Source: a bacterium
GTDB taxonomy: Bacteria > UBA8248
Length of the DNA stretch: 64,000 nucleotides
Direction: 5' to 3'
NCBI GenBank assembly: GCA_965204535.1
Contig: CBDBEV010000001.1
Coordinates: 2,400,001-2,464,000 of the forward strand
The first letter of the stretch is position 1, and every line of letters begins with the position of its first letter. Positions 1-9,081 of this stretch are shown here, one piece after another. The notes under the pieces are model-generated. The model worked only from the letters and a program-made list of their open reading frames with translations. It was not told the origin of the DNA and did not search any database. The translations under genes and the position numbers were made by a program.

Positions 1-224
1 CTCCCGAACCTGCGCAGACGGCAAATGCGGGCAAACGCGCGCGCACGATGTCCGCTCCGGGATGCTCCCTTGGCACGCGGCCATCCGGCGAAACGTAACC
101 GGTCACCCCTTTCCGCCCCGGCTCCGACTCTCTAAAAAAACTACTCTTACCCGTTGCGCTATGCTAACTTACTTTTCCGGGCAGCCGGATGTATGTGAAC
201 AGCCCGTTATGGAAGGAGTAAGCC

Positions 225-1202
225 ATGAGCAGCCATCCTTTCGACAACGAGTTCCTCATCACCCCTGAGCACAAGGAGCAATTCCGGCGCGACGGCTTCG
301 TCAAACTGGAAGGGTTCTACAACTCTGAAGTGGTCGAGGCGCTGCTTGCTCGCGTCGAAGCCGAAATGGACCGGGGGGAAACCGGCAGTTTCAAGACCTA
401 TGCAATGTTCAATCGAGCGAAGTATGACTTCGCGGGTGAAATGAGCGACATCTATGAACTGCTGGAACAGCCTTACTTGCGAAGGGCTCTTACGGATCTG
501 GTCGAACTCGATCTCTTTCTGACCTTCGAGCAGTGCTTTGAAATCGAAAAGAACGTCAGCAAGGGGTTTCCTTGGCATGTCGGCGCGCAGAGCTTCGGTT
601 TTCAGCTCGCGGAAGAATTCGGATGCACGCTATGGGGGCCGCTGCATCCCGTGGACACGAAGGGCCAGCGGGGCGGGATGGCTTATGTCCCCGATCACGT
701 CATATCGGGCGATTTCATCTTCCACCAGATCGAGCCGGCGATTGTCTCGACGCTGGAGGCCAAGGAGCAAGCCGGTGTCAGGACGAACGTAAATGAATAC
801 TTCGACATGCGTTCGGGGATCCTCAATTCACCGACCATGTGCGAGATACTCGAGAACCACCAGGTCGAAGACGATTTCGCGCCCGGCGACGCGCTCCTGT
901 TCAACAAAATGGTCGTCCACCGGAGCATCATGCTCGGTGAGGGCGCGCTTCCCAGGCGCGCCGCCTACGTGATGCGCTTCATCGATGCGGGCTCGCACTA
1001 CGATCTGGAGCGGGCGCGGATGCTCGAATTCCCCGTGGAAATGTACGGAAAGGGGTTCTTTCCGTATAAACCTTTCACCCGTCAGCACATTGAGATTGCA
1101 GAAGCCGGAGCGAGCGACGGCGACCTTCTCGCGGAATGCGCCTTTTTCGACAACCGCGAGCGTCGTACCATCCGGCGCGAACGCTCTCTCCAGGCCGGTT
1201 GA
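225..1202 (+). CDS. PhyH-family Fe(II)/2-oxoglutarate-dependent enzyme with halogenase-type HxG motif (copy 1)
   Basis: N-terminal 'ITPEHKEQFRRDGFVKLEGF' PhyH start; PWHVG (His118/Gly120); 'PGDALLFNKMVVHRS' distal His232; RRAAYVMR; RBS GAAGGAG upstream. Confidence 0.8.
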   Translation: MSSHPFDNEFLITPEHKEQFRRDGFVKLEGFYNSEVVEALLARVEAEMDRGETGSFKTYAMFNRAKYDFAGEMSDIYELLEQPYLRRALTDLVELDLFLTFEQCFEIEKNVSKGFPWHVGAQSFGFQLAEEFGCTLWGPLHPVDTKGQRGGMAYVPDHVISGDFIFHQIEPAIVSTLEAKEQAGVRTNVNEYFDMRSGILNSPTMCEILENHQVEDDFAPGDALLFNKMVVHRSIMLGEGALPRRAAYVMRFIDAGSHYDLERARMLEFPVEMYGKGFFPYKPFTRQHIEIAEAGASDGDLLAECAFFDNRERRTIRRERSLQAG

Positions 1203-1231
1203 ATATCGCCGGTGGAAACGCGCAGGAGGAC

Positions 1232-2245
1232 ATGATGAGCAGCCATCCTTTCGACAACGAGTTCTTCATCACCCCGGAGCAGAAGGAGCAATTCCGACGC
1301 GACGGCTTCGTCAAACTGGAAGGATTCTTGAACGATAACGTGGTCGAGACGCTTCTGAATCGTGTCGAAGTCGAATTGAGTGGAGAGGGGGCCACCAATT
1401 TCAACAAATCTCGTTCAGCGGAGCTTCTCGACATACGAACGACGTATGACTTCGAGACCGATAAATCGGAAGTCTATGAACTGATGGAACGGCCTTATTT
1501 CCGGCGGGCTCTGACGGATCTGGCCGAATGCGATCTCTTTCTGACTGCCGAGTTGTGCTTTGAAATCGAAAAGAACGTCAGCAAGGGGCTCCCCTGGCAT
1601 GTCGGCGTGCAGAGTTTCGGCTTTCAGCCCGCTGAGGAATTCGCGTGCACCATTTGGGCGCCGCTGCATCCCGTGGATACGAAGGGTCAGCGGGGCGGAA
1701 TGGCTTATGTCCCCCAGAACGTCATATCGGGCGATTTCGTCTTCCGCCAGGTCGAGCCGGCGGTTGTCTCGACGCTGGAGGCCAAGGAGCGCACCGGGGT
1801 CAGGACGAACGTAAATGAGTACTTCGCCATGCGCGAAGGAATCCTCAATTCGCCGACCATGTGCGAGATACTGGAGAACCACCAGGTCGAAGACGATTTC
1901 GCGCCCGGCGACGCGCTCCTGTTCAACAAAATGGTCGTCCACCGCAGCATCATGCTCGGTGAGGGAGCGCTTCCCAGGCGCGCCGCCTACGCGATGCGCT
2001 TTGTGGATGTTGGGTCGCACTACGATCTTGAGCGGGCGAAAAACCTCGAATACCCCGCGGAAAAGTACGGGAAGGGGTTCTTCCCGTATAAACCGATTAC
2101 CCGTTTCCACATTGAAATCGCGGAAGCCGGAGCGCGCGACGGAGACGTTCTCGCGGAATGCGCCTTTTTCGATAACCGCGAGCGTCGTACGATCCGGCGC
2201 GAACGGGACTTTCAACCTGAACCAAAGGAACGCGTGGAACGATGA
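1232..2245 (+). CDS. PhyH-family Fe(II)/2-oxoglutarate-dependent enzyme with halogenase-type HxG motif (copy 2, tandem paralog)
   Basis: Near-identical to copy 1; PWHVG...VVHRS...RRAAYAMR; start reassigned to ATG 1232 (or 1235) after AGGAGGA. Confidence 0.8.
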   Translation: MMSSHPFDNEFFITPEQKEQFRRDGFVKLEGFLNDNVVETLLNRVEVELSGEGATNFNKSRSAELLDIRTTYDFETDKSEVYELMERPYFRRALTDLAECDLFLTAELCFEIEKNVSKGLPWHVGVQSFGFQPAEEFACTIWAPLHPVDTKGQRGGMAYVPQNVISGDFVFRQVEPAVVSTLEAKERTGVRTNVNEYFAMREGILNSPTMCEILENHQVEDDFAPGDALLFNKMVVHRSIMLGEGALPRRAAYAMRFVDVGSHYDLERAKNLEYPAEKYGKGFFPYKPITRFHIEIAEAGARDGDVLAECAFFDNRERRTIRRERDFQPEPKERVER

Positions 2246-3429
2246 AGCACGACCGTCAGATGGCGTTGCTCGACAGAATGCTTGAACTCCGCGGGCGACG
2301 CGAAGACCAACAGATTTACGACACGGTCTTGCGTCTGCCCCTCGACGTCTATACCAGCCAGGAGATATTCGAACGCGAGCTCGAAACGCTGTTTTTCGAC
2401 AGTCCGCTCGTGGCCGGGCACATGGGCAGCGTCCGTGAGCCTGGCAGTTACATGCTCAGCGACTGGACGCGCCAACCGTATTTCGTTGTCCGGGGCGAAG
2501 ACGGCGTACTCCGGGCATTTCTGAACACCTGCCGCCATCGGGGCGCGCCGCTTATTGTCAGGGAGAACGACGAACCGTTACGGGCGCTGGTTTGTCCGTT
2601 TCACGGGTGGACATATGGCCTGGACGGCGCGCTGCGGGGTATTCCGCGGTCATCCGCCTTTCCTTGCATCGACAAGCGGGACTACGGCCTGAAAGAGTGT
2701 TCGGTGGCGGAGAGCGCGGGATTGGTATGGGTTCACCCGAATCGGAAAGAATCGTTCGATCCGGCACAGGATATGGGCGCTTTCGCGGAAGATTTCGCGG
2801 AGTTCCGTCTTGATCGTTTTGTCAGCTACGGAAGGGTCGTGACGGAGAAAAAGGCCAACTGGAAGCTTCTTATGCAGATAAACCTGGAAGGCTACCATGT
2901 TGCGCATCTTCACAAAGGAACCTTGGCTCCGAATTTCCGCGAAGGTTTTCTTTCCCACGACGCGGAGGGGCCTCATCTGCGCGTTATGGCCGCACAAACG
3001 AACTTGCCGGATGCGGAAAACGTCCCGGAGAAACAGAGAAAGCTGCTCGACTTCATATCGCTTTTTTATGTTCTGTTCCCCAACACGATTTTCATTGTGC
3101 GCAAAGACACCATTTTAATCAGCAGGTTCTTGCCGCTGGCCCCAGATCGAACGCTCTGCTCGCAGGAACTGCTCTATCTTCCCGATAAATACGTCGGGGA
3201 GTCGGGGCAGAAAGCGTTGCGCAACCGCCTCCTCTACGCGGAGGTCACGTTGGACGACGAAGATTACACGATGGGGGAACGGGTTCAGGCCAACCTGCTG
3301 AACGGAGTGAACGAAACCCACATGCTGGGTCTCGAGGAAGGGCTCCTGATGGTGTTTCAGGAGATAGTCAGCAAGAGGTTGGCCGCGCGGGACGCCACGA
3401 CCGCAGACAGCCCCTGGCGAGGTTGTTAA
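2242..3429 (+). CDS. Rieske non-heme iron oxygenase alpha subunit (ring-hydroxylating/choline monooxygenase-like fold)
   Basis: Rieske motif CRHRG...CPFHGW; mononuclear Fe motif NLEGYHVAHLH and distal DDED; ATGA overlap with upstream gene. Confidence 0.9.
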   Translation: MKHDRQMALLDRMLELRGRREDQQIYDTVLRLPLDVYTSQEIFERELETLFFDSPLVAGHMGSVREPGSYMLSDWTRQPYFVVRGEDGVLRAFLNTCRHRGAPLIVRENDEPLRALVCPFHGWTYGLDGALRGIPRSSAFPCIDKRDYGLKECSVAESAGLVWVHPNRKESFDPAQDMGAFAEDFAEFRLDRFVSYGRVVTEKKANWKLLMQINLEGYHVAHLHKGTLAPNFREGFLSHDAEGPHLRVMAAQTNLPDAENVPEKQRKLLDFISLFYVLFPNTIFIVRKDTILISRFLPLAPDRTLCSQELLYLPDKYVGESGQKALRNRLLYAEVTLDDEDYTMGERVQANLLNGVNETHMLGLEEGLLMVFQEIVSKRLAARDATTADSPWRGC

Positions 3430-3489
3430 GAAACTCCTCCTCGTTCGGAATTGCCCACCGCCGGAATGACGAACAAAACCGCAAGGGCC

Positions 3490-3812
3490 GTAGGGACAGG
3501 CCCCCGTGCCTGTCCGATGTCCTGTTCTGCAAGGGACAACCACAGGGGGCAGGACAACCCTTTTAGGTTGTCCTGCTACAAACCCATTTCCCCGATCGCC
3601 TCGAACCCCCCCTACCCCCCCTTGACAGGGGGGTAAAAAAGCAATGCCCCTGACAAGAGGTAAGAACAAAGAAGGTCCCCCCGACAGAGGGGCATAAAAA
3701 AAGACCCCCCTGACAAGGGGGGGGTAGGGGGGGTGCTCTTTTGAAAAAGGCTTTTTCCCAACGCCCTGGCTTGTGGCCTGTCCCTGACGGGGGATATCCC
3801 GCAGGCTGTTGA
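3490..3812. repeat. Intergenic mosaic of GTAG-type REP palindromes and CCCCCTGACAAGGGGG hairpins
   Basis: GTAGGGACAGGC..GCCTGTCC at 3490; about four CCCC(T/C)GACA(A/G)..GGGG units at 3606-3733; lies between convergent genes. Confidence 0.7.
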
Positions 3813-3964
3813 ACTCGATGTGACAGAGGTGGCGGCTCCTTCACCTGTCGTTTGGGAGGACAGGGGCGACAACCAAAGGAGGAGAAGCCACCGGCTTACG
3901 AGGCGCGAACAGTAAGCGGAAAGACGCTCGCCGTCGATGCCTTCTCCGACCGACCGCGCGCGGC

Positions 3965-4864
3965 CTAGCGAATTCCCTGGCTTGCCAGATATTCCCGGAC
4001 CATCGCGGCGCACTCCTCCGGCTTTTCCACCTGCAGGAAGTGCGAAGCCTCGGGCACGAAGTCGTAGTCGACGGCCGTTGCGTGACTCAGGTTGAAAGTC
4101 GGCAGGTATGCGTGCGGCAGCGTGGGGTCGGCTCCGATGACCTTCGTCGGGCAGGTCAGTGTCGTCAAATCCAGCAAAGGCGAGAAGCTCCTCGTATATT
4201 CCGCGATCTGGGCCTCGTAATCGCGAGGGCAGCGGAGTTCGTAAGCCTCTCCATCGGCGCTCTTGCGAAGGGTCGACCGCGCTATGAGATCGCGCACCCC
4301 CGGTAGGACGCGGGCGTATCCGGGGAAGATGGCGAGGATTTCGGCTAACTGCTCTAGGCTCTCAAACCGATCCGTCCGTTTCCGGAGCATCGCCGCCATC
4401 CGTTCCGTCGCCGCGACCCATTCCGCCTCTTTCCCGGCGGGTTTGCACAGCGGCGGGTCGAACAGAACCAGCGCGGAATAGACATCGTTGAAGGAAAGGA
4501 GCGTCACAAGCGTCGAAAGGGAGTGAAATACGCCCACGGTCGGTTTTTCGCCGTATTCCTCGACGATGGCGTCGAGAATGAGGTCATGGTCGGAAATCAG
4601 TACCGGAATGTTGTGATCCCGCTGCGCGCCGACGCCATTCCAGCCGTGGTTCCTGAGGTCGTAGACCATCAGGTCGAAATCGTCGGCGAGCAGCGACCAG
4701 AACGGATAATAGAGATCGATAGCGAGACCGTTGCCGTGGGTCAGGACGAGCCGGGGACCGGCCGAATTGCCGTGTCGCCGCACCGTGGTCACAGCGTGTT
4801 CGTCGAGTCGAACTTCACATGTCGAAACGGGCTCGGGTATCGTCCAATGCGCTTCTTCCGTCAT
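3965..4864 (-). CDS. Alpha/beta hydrolase (sup-cluster associated; possible thioesterase/acyl transfer)
   Basis: HGNG oxyanion motif, YDLRNHG, nucleophile elbow FHSLS, C-terminal SHFLQVEKP. Confidence 0.8.
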   Translation of the reverse strand: MTEEAHWTIPEPVSTCEVRLDEHAVTTVRRHGNSAGPRLVLTHGNGLAIDLYYPFWSLLADDFDLMVYDLRNHGWNGVGAQRDHNIPVLISDHDLILDAIVEEYGEKPTVGVFHSLSTLVTLLSFNDVYSALVLFDPPLCKPAGKEAEWVAATERMAAMLRKRTDRFESLEQLAEILAIFPGYARVLPGVRDLIARSTLRKSADGEAYELRCPRDYEAQIAEYTRSFSPLLDLTTLTCPTKVIGADPTLPHAYLPTFNLSHATAVDYDFVPEASHFLQVEKPEECAAMVREYLASQGIR

Positions 4865-4905
4865 ATCCGAAAGCCTGGTTGCGCCCGAGCGTCGAGGAAC
4901 GCCGC

Positions 4906-5133
4906 TCAGCCGCGCGCGTCGATATGATCTGCAAGTTCCTGCAAAGTCTGGAACTTCGAGAAGTCCTCTATGGCCATCCCGAGGCCGAACTCCTCGTTGA
5001 CGAGTTTGAAGAAGGCAACCGCCTCCATCGAGGTAACCTCTACTTCGGCGAGCTGGGTGTTGAAATCCGGTTCATGGTCGATGTCGAAACTGCTAGCAAT
5101 GATTTTCTTGATGCGATCCTGGGTCGCCGACAT
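4906..5133 (-). CDS. Free-standing acyl carrier protein (SupB-like, copy A)
   Basis: 75 aa acidic helical protein; VTSMEAV Ppant-Ser site; VNEEFG...TLQELADHI; RBS AAGGAG. Confidence 0.75.
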   Translation of the reverse strand: MSATQDRIKKIIASSFDIDHEPDFNTQLAEVEVTSMEAVAFFKLVNEEFGLGMAIEDFSKFQTLQELADHIDARG

Positions 5134-5208
5134 AAATGTGCACTCCTTTTCCGGTGGTAGCTAACGTGAGATTCTGAAACGGGCACGTTTCACGAGATTC
5201 GAAGCGCT

Positions 5209-5238
5209 ATTATAAGTGAAGCATCCGCATCCTGACAA
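5209..5238 (-). promoter_or_regulatory. Putative sigma70 promoter for ACP A-hydrolase
   Basis: Minus strand reads TTGTCA-N18-TATAAT about 75 bp upstream of the ACP start. Confidence 0.55.
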
Positions 5239-5369
5239 GCATCCGGTCCCGAAGGCCCGCATCAATGATTTCGGCATGGCGCGACGGCGGGCCGCCTACC
5301 GTCCCAGATGAGCGCCGCAGCGCAGTCGGTCACACCGACGATGAACTTCCGAGCGGTTTCCCGCTTTCC

Positions 5370-5550
5370 CCTTGAGGGGGTTGCCCAAAAAGCCCCCTGA
5401 CAAGGGGGGTTGGGGGGTTCTGTAGGGGTCGCATACATGCGACCCGGCCTTTTTTCGCCGCCCGTCATGGGCCGCATATATGCGGCCCCTACAATATGTA
5501 TGCGTGGGACGCTCCTAAGGGGATGGGCGGACACATAGGTCCGCCCGCTC
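5370..5550. repeat. REP/hairpin repeat cluster
   Basis: CCCCCTGACAAGGGGGG, GTAGGGGTCGCATACATGCGACCC, GGGCCGCATATATGCGGCCCCTAC, GGGCGGACACATAGGTCCGCCC. Confidence 0.7.
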
Positions 5551-5669
5551 GTGCAACAGACTTTTTCAACCCAAGGGGGAGTGATACGTCGTTCCCCGTC
5601 GAATCCAAAGCCCGGAATCCCGCTTCAAGCCATGTATATAATTCTTCTCGTCTGTGTGCGAACAAGCGG

Positions 5670-7403
5670 TTATGGCGCTTCCACGCGGACGGTGACGATA
5701 TCCACGCCGTGGTATTGCTGGTGGCGAACCGAAGCCGCGAGATGGCGCAAGAGCCTTAGCGACACCTCCTGCTCGAGGTGGGCTTCTTCCGTCTGCTCGT
5801 CGAGCAGCGCGACCTGATCCTCGAGGTTCCCTCCCTCCCCGGTTGCGGCGATGAACTCCAGAACGGCTGTGCCGCTTTCTTTGCGCGCGAGCAGGAGCAG
5901 GCTGCGCCGCTCGCTGCTTCCGTCGTCATCATCCCGCCCGAGCAGTGTCTGCAAAGTCTCCTCACAGACGGCATTCAGGCGATGCGCCATCCCCTCATCC
6001 CAGTCGCCGCTCGAGGCGAATCCGCCGAGAAACTCCCTGAGTTCCGGCAGGGACGAGGTGTCGAGCGCCGCTTCTATCCGGGCGGGGCGGGGTTCCGTCA
6101 TCTCCATGAACAGGGTCATGATGATGGCGACGAGGCCGCCGGCTGTCATCCCGTTGTTCATGAGGCCGCCCGCGAATTCCGAGAAAAACTCCGGGAAGAC
6201 AACCCCGCTCTGGAAAGCCACGCCGAGCCAGAACGAGACGCCGACGATTAGGCTCTTGCGGTAGTCGATCCCGTCCTGAACGATCATCTGCACGCCGATC
6301 ATGAAGAGCATCGCGATCATGATGAGGAGAAAAGCGGCGAAGACCGGGCCCGGTATCGCCAGCACCAGGGCGAGCGCCTTCGGCAGAAACGCCAGCGTCG
6401 CGAACACCGCGCCTGCGGCGATACCGACGTGGCGGGCCGCGACCCCCGTGAGCTGGGCCAAGGATGCGCCCGTCGTATAGGACGTGTTCGGCGCCGTTCC
6501 CGCGAGGCCGGAGAGCAGGTTGCTCAGACCGTCAGTGGCCACAGCGCCCTGCACCGCCCGGAAATCCACCGCCCGCGGCCTACGCCAGGAGACGCGCTGG
6601 GCGGCGGCGGCGCTGCTGATCGTCCGGATGGCGCCGATGGTGGCCGCCAGCAGGAACCCGGGAAGAAGCGACCAGAAAGCCGGCCCGAAACCGAGATCGA
6701 GGCCCGGCCATTCGACCGGGGGCAGTCCGGCCCAGGCGGCCTCCGCGACGCGGGCCGTATCGTACAGACCGAAAAAGGCGGCGATAAGCGCACCTGCGAG
6801 GACGCCGATGACAGGAGCCCAGAGTCGAAGCGACCCCGACGCCTTGAGGGTGAGACCGCAGATGACGAGCACGGTCGCCAAGGCGGTCAGCGGAGCGCCC
6901 AGAGCCGGGCTGCCCTCCGGCACGTCCTTGAGCAGATTGAGGACGGGCGCCATCACCGAGACCGGGATCAGCATGAGCACCGTTCCCGAGACGGCTGGGG
7001 TCAGGATCCGCCGAAACAAGGAGAGCCTGTCGGATATGACGAACTGGAAGAGACCCGAGACGACCACCAGAGTGGCGAAGGTAGCAGGTCCGCCCTTCGT
7101 GAGCGCCTCGATACCAACCGCGATAAAGGCCGCGGAACTTCCCATCATGAGCACGTGCCCCATGCCGAATCTCCCGAGCCGGAGCGACTGAAGCATCGTG
7201 GCGGCGCCTCCGATGGCGACGGCAGCGAACACGGCCCATGCCAGATATGCCTCGCTCTGGCCGGCGGCCCGCATGATGACCGTCGTAATCAATATCGTGG
7301 CGGATACGCTGAGAGCGGTGAGTTGTAGGCCGAGGCCGAGGGCGACGGCCAGAGGCGGTTTTTCGTCGGCCTGATAGCGAAGGCTCGAATCGTTCGCACT
7401 CAT
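5670..7403 (-). CDS. NCS2 xanthine/uracil permease-family protein (SupE-like) with soluble C-terminal domain
   Basis: N-terminal Y-x-x-DEKPP, GLQ helix, many TM helices, 'DGLSNLLSGLAGTAPNTSY' NCS2 region; about 140-aa hydrophilic tail; start reassigned from 7415. Confidence 0.8.
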   Translation of the reverse strand: MSANDSSLRYQADEKPPLAVALGLGLQLTALSVSATILITTVIMRAAGQSEAYLAWAVFAAVAIGGAATMLQSLRLGRFGMGHVLMMGSSAAFIAVGIEALTKGGPATFATLVVVSGLFQFVISDRLSLFRRILTPAVSGTVLMLIPVSVMAPVLNLLKDVPEGSPALGAPLTALATVLVICGLTLKASGSLRLWAPVIGVLAGALIAAFFGLYDTARVAEAAWAGLPPVEWPGLDLGFGPAFWSLLPGFLLAATIGAIRTISSAAAAQRVSWRRPRAVDFRAVQGAVATDGLSNLLSGLAGTAPNTSYTTGASLAQLTGVAARHVGIAAGAVFATLAFLPKALALVLAIPGPVFAAFLLIMIAMLFMIGVQMIVQDGIDYRKSLIVGVSFWLGVAFQSGVVFPEFFSEFAGGLMNNGMTAGGLVAIIMTLFMEMTEPRPARIEAALDTSSLPELREFLGGFASSGDWDEGMAHRLNAVCEETLQTLLGRDDDDGSSERRSLLLLARKESGTAVLEFIAATGEGGNLEDQVALLDEQTEEAHLEQEVSLRLLRHLAASVRHQQYHGVDIVTVRVEAP

Positions 7404-7539
7404 GGCGCAACCCATGTCCTGAAAACACCGAGCGCCCGCTCGACGAAACGGAAACGGCGCAGCGCTTGAAGAATTCTCGTGTGGTCAACTCGATTGAGGA
7501 GATCTCCCGCAACCTCCACCAAAGAGAATTTCAAATCAA

Positions 7540-7771
7540 CTCCCCCCTTGAAGGTCGGGCTTCCCGAGGGGAAAGCCCGACGGTGAAGCCGAGGGGTTTG
7601 TGCGAAGGCTGAACCGGTGGGGGGGAATGCGTTTATCGCCATCCGAATTATCCCCCCCCGAATCACTTTCGGGCTTACGCCCTCAGCTCTTCGACTCCCC
7701 CTCAAGGGGGAGGGAACTTCAAAAACGTGCGCTCAACCAAAATCGCTCCACGGGGCTTTTTCAACAACCCC
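7540..7771. repeat. Hairpin repeat region with a MITE-like end
   Basis: CTCCCCCTCAAGGGGGAG, TCGGGCTTCCC..GGGAAAGCCCGA, and GGCTTTTTCAACAACCCC (7754-7771) matching MITE ends elsewhere in the window. Confidence 0.55.
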
Positions 7772-7846
7772 TCAAACCGCCGTCTCCCATCCAAACTACA
7801 TGGATGGAGAGCGGCTCTGGTATCTCCCAGGCTTTTTCCGAGATTG

Positions 7847-8623
7847 TCATCGAGTCCCCTCGCTCTCCCCTCGAATGAGCGCTTGGTCCGGTTCATAGGC
7901 GATGGCGGCGGCGAAATCCGCGTTCTCCAGATTTTCGAGTCTCCATTCGACTTTCGGCATCCAGGGAAATCGGAACATACCCTTTTTCGCGCCGCGCCGT
8001 ATGGCCTGTGGAACCTCGAACCGGGCAGGGCCCAGAGAAAAACCCGTTCCGAGAGCCTTGATCAGCGCCTCCTTGAGCGTCCAGAGCGTAAAGAACAAGT
8101 GAAACTTTTCTCGTCCATGCGCCGATGCAAAGTCGGCTTGTTCGTCCGGGCCGAACACGAACTCGCTAATCCCATCGAGATCGAGGCGGTCGACGCGTTC
8201 TTCCACGTCAACGCCGAGCCGCCCTTGCGGCGCAAGCGCAACTAACCCATGTTTGCCGCTGTGAGAGACGTTGAAGCTGACGGGAGCCGCTATCCCGTCC
8301 ACAAGTGCGAACGGTTTTCCATGCTCGGAAGCGCCGAACGCGAGTCGTTCGTTCCCGCAACCGAGCCGGCAGCAGAGAATGGAGCGCAGCGCGGCGCGGC
8401 ACAGGGTGAATTCGCGCCGGGGACGGTCATACCGGTAACGCCGCCGACGCTCCTGTTCTCCCTCATCGAGCCAGGAAAAGGCGTGCGCCTCGCGCTCCTC
8501 ATGGGGCGTCAGGTCGACATGTATGACGAGAATATCGTCTATTTCACGGAACGTGTGAAACCAGGAATCGACAACCTCAGCAGCCATAGAAACCAGTCTT
8601 TCCGCGAGTGTGGGAGTCGCCAC
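7847..8623 (-). CDS. Sfp-type 4'-phosphopantetheinyl transferase
   Basis: HGKP, FNVSHS, LGVDVE, WTLKEALIKALGTG motifs; true start may be downstream (about 8590). Confidence 0.9.
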   Translation of the reverse strand: MATPTLAERLVSMAAEVVDSWFHTFREIDDILVIHVDLTPHEEREAHAFSWLDEGEQERRRRYRYDRPRREFTLCRAALRSILCCRLGCGNERLAFGASEHGKPFALVDGIAAPVSFNVSHSGKHGLVALAPQGRLGVDVEERVDRLDLDGISEFVFGPDEQADFASAHGREKFHLFFTLWTLKEALIKALGTGFSLGPARFEVPQAIRRGAKKGMFRFPWMPKVEWRLENLENADFAAAIAYEPDQALIRGESEGTR

Positions 8624-8771
8624 CTGTGCGCCTTGAAACCAGAGGCCAGTCCTGCAGGACTGGCCCCGGCTCCAAAACGAAACTTGTTGTTTAATTTCCT
8701 GAAAATCGGTGTTCCTGTCTGAAATTTATTGCAATTTTCTGATCCCGGGGCTGCGCTCAACTACGTTGGCT

Positions 8772-8993
8772 TCAACCACCCAGATAGTTGATCAAGTCCC
8801 TCAAAGTTCTGAAGTCTCTGGCAATTTCTTGTGTAATTTCGACCTCGAATTCCCGATCGACGACCTTGAGAAAGTTCACGGCATCCACCGAGTTCACGCC
8901 GATTTCGCCTAAGTCCGCGTCCAGCATCGCCCGATCCGAGATGCCCAAATGTTTTTCCACAAGGTCTCCCATACGTTCTTCGACACTTGCCAT
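8772..8993 (-). CDS. Free-standing acyl carrier protein (SupB-like, copy B)
   Basis: IGVNSVDAV Ppant site, VDREFEVEI...FRTLRDLINYL; directly downstream of the PKS; start reassigned to MASVEER. Confidence 0.8.
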   Translation of the reverse strand: MASVEERMGDLVEKHLGISDRAMLDADLGEIGVNSVDAVNFLKVVDREFEVEITQEIARDFRTLRDLINYLGG

Positions 8994-9049
8994 CGTCGCG
9001 CTGTCTCCCATTTTGAAAATGTTAGAGCGGTGATTAAAACTATAGTGAA

Positions 9050-9077
9050 ATCATAACTTTCCCGATATAGTTGTCAA
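9050..9077 (-). promoter_or_regulatory. Putative sigma70 promoter for ACP B
   Basis: Minus strand reads TTGACA-N16-TATGAT immediately after the PKS stop codon. Confidence 0.55.
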
Positions 9078-9081
9078 GCAT

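Noticed and set aside
71-86. TGGCAC upstream of the first halogenase-like gene as a sigma54 promoter
   Set aside because: No TTGC at the -12 position (reads CATC).
3600-3740. Repeated CCCCTGACAAG units as a CRISPR array
   Set aside because: Repeats are degenerate, spacers are short and irregular, and there are no cas genes; they match a dispersed hairpin family.
3115-4013. ORFs spanning the repeat region (3115-3669, 3451-3636, 3563-3844, 3612-4013)
   Set aside because: Translations of REP and hairpin repeats, with low-complexity Pro/Gly content.
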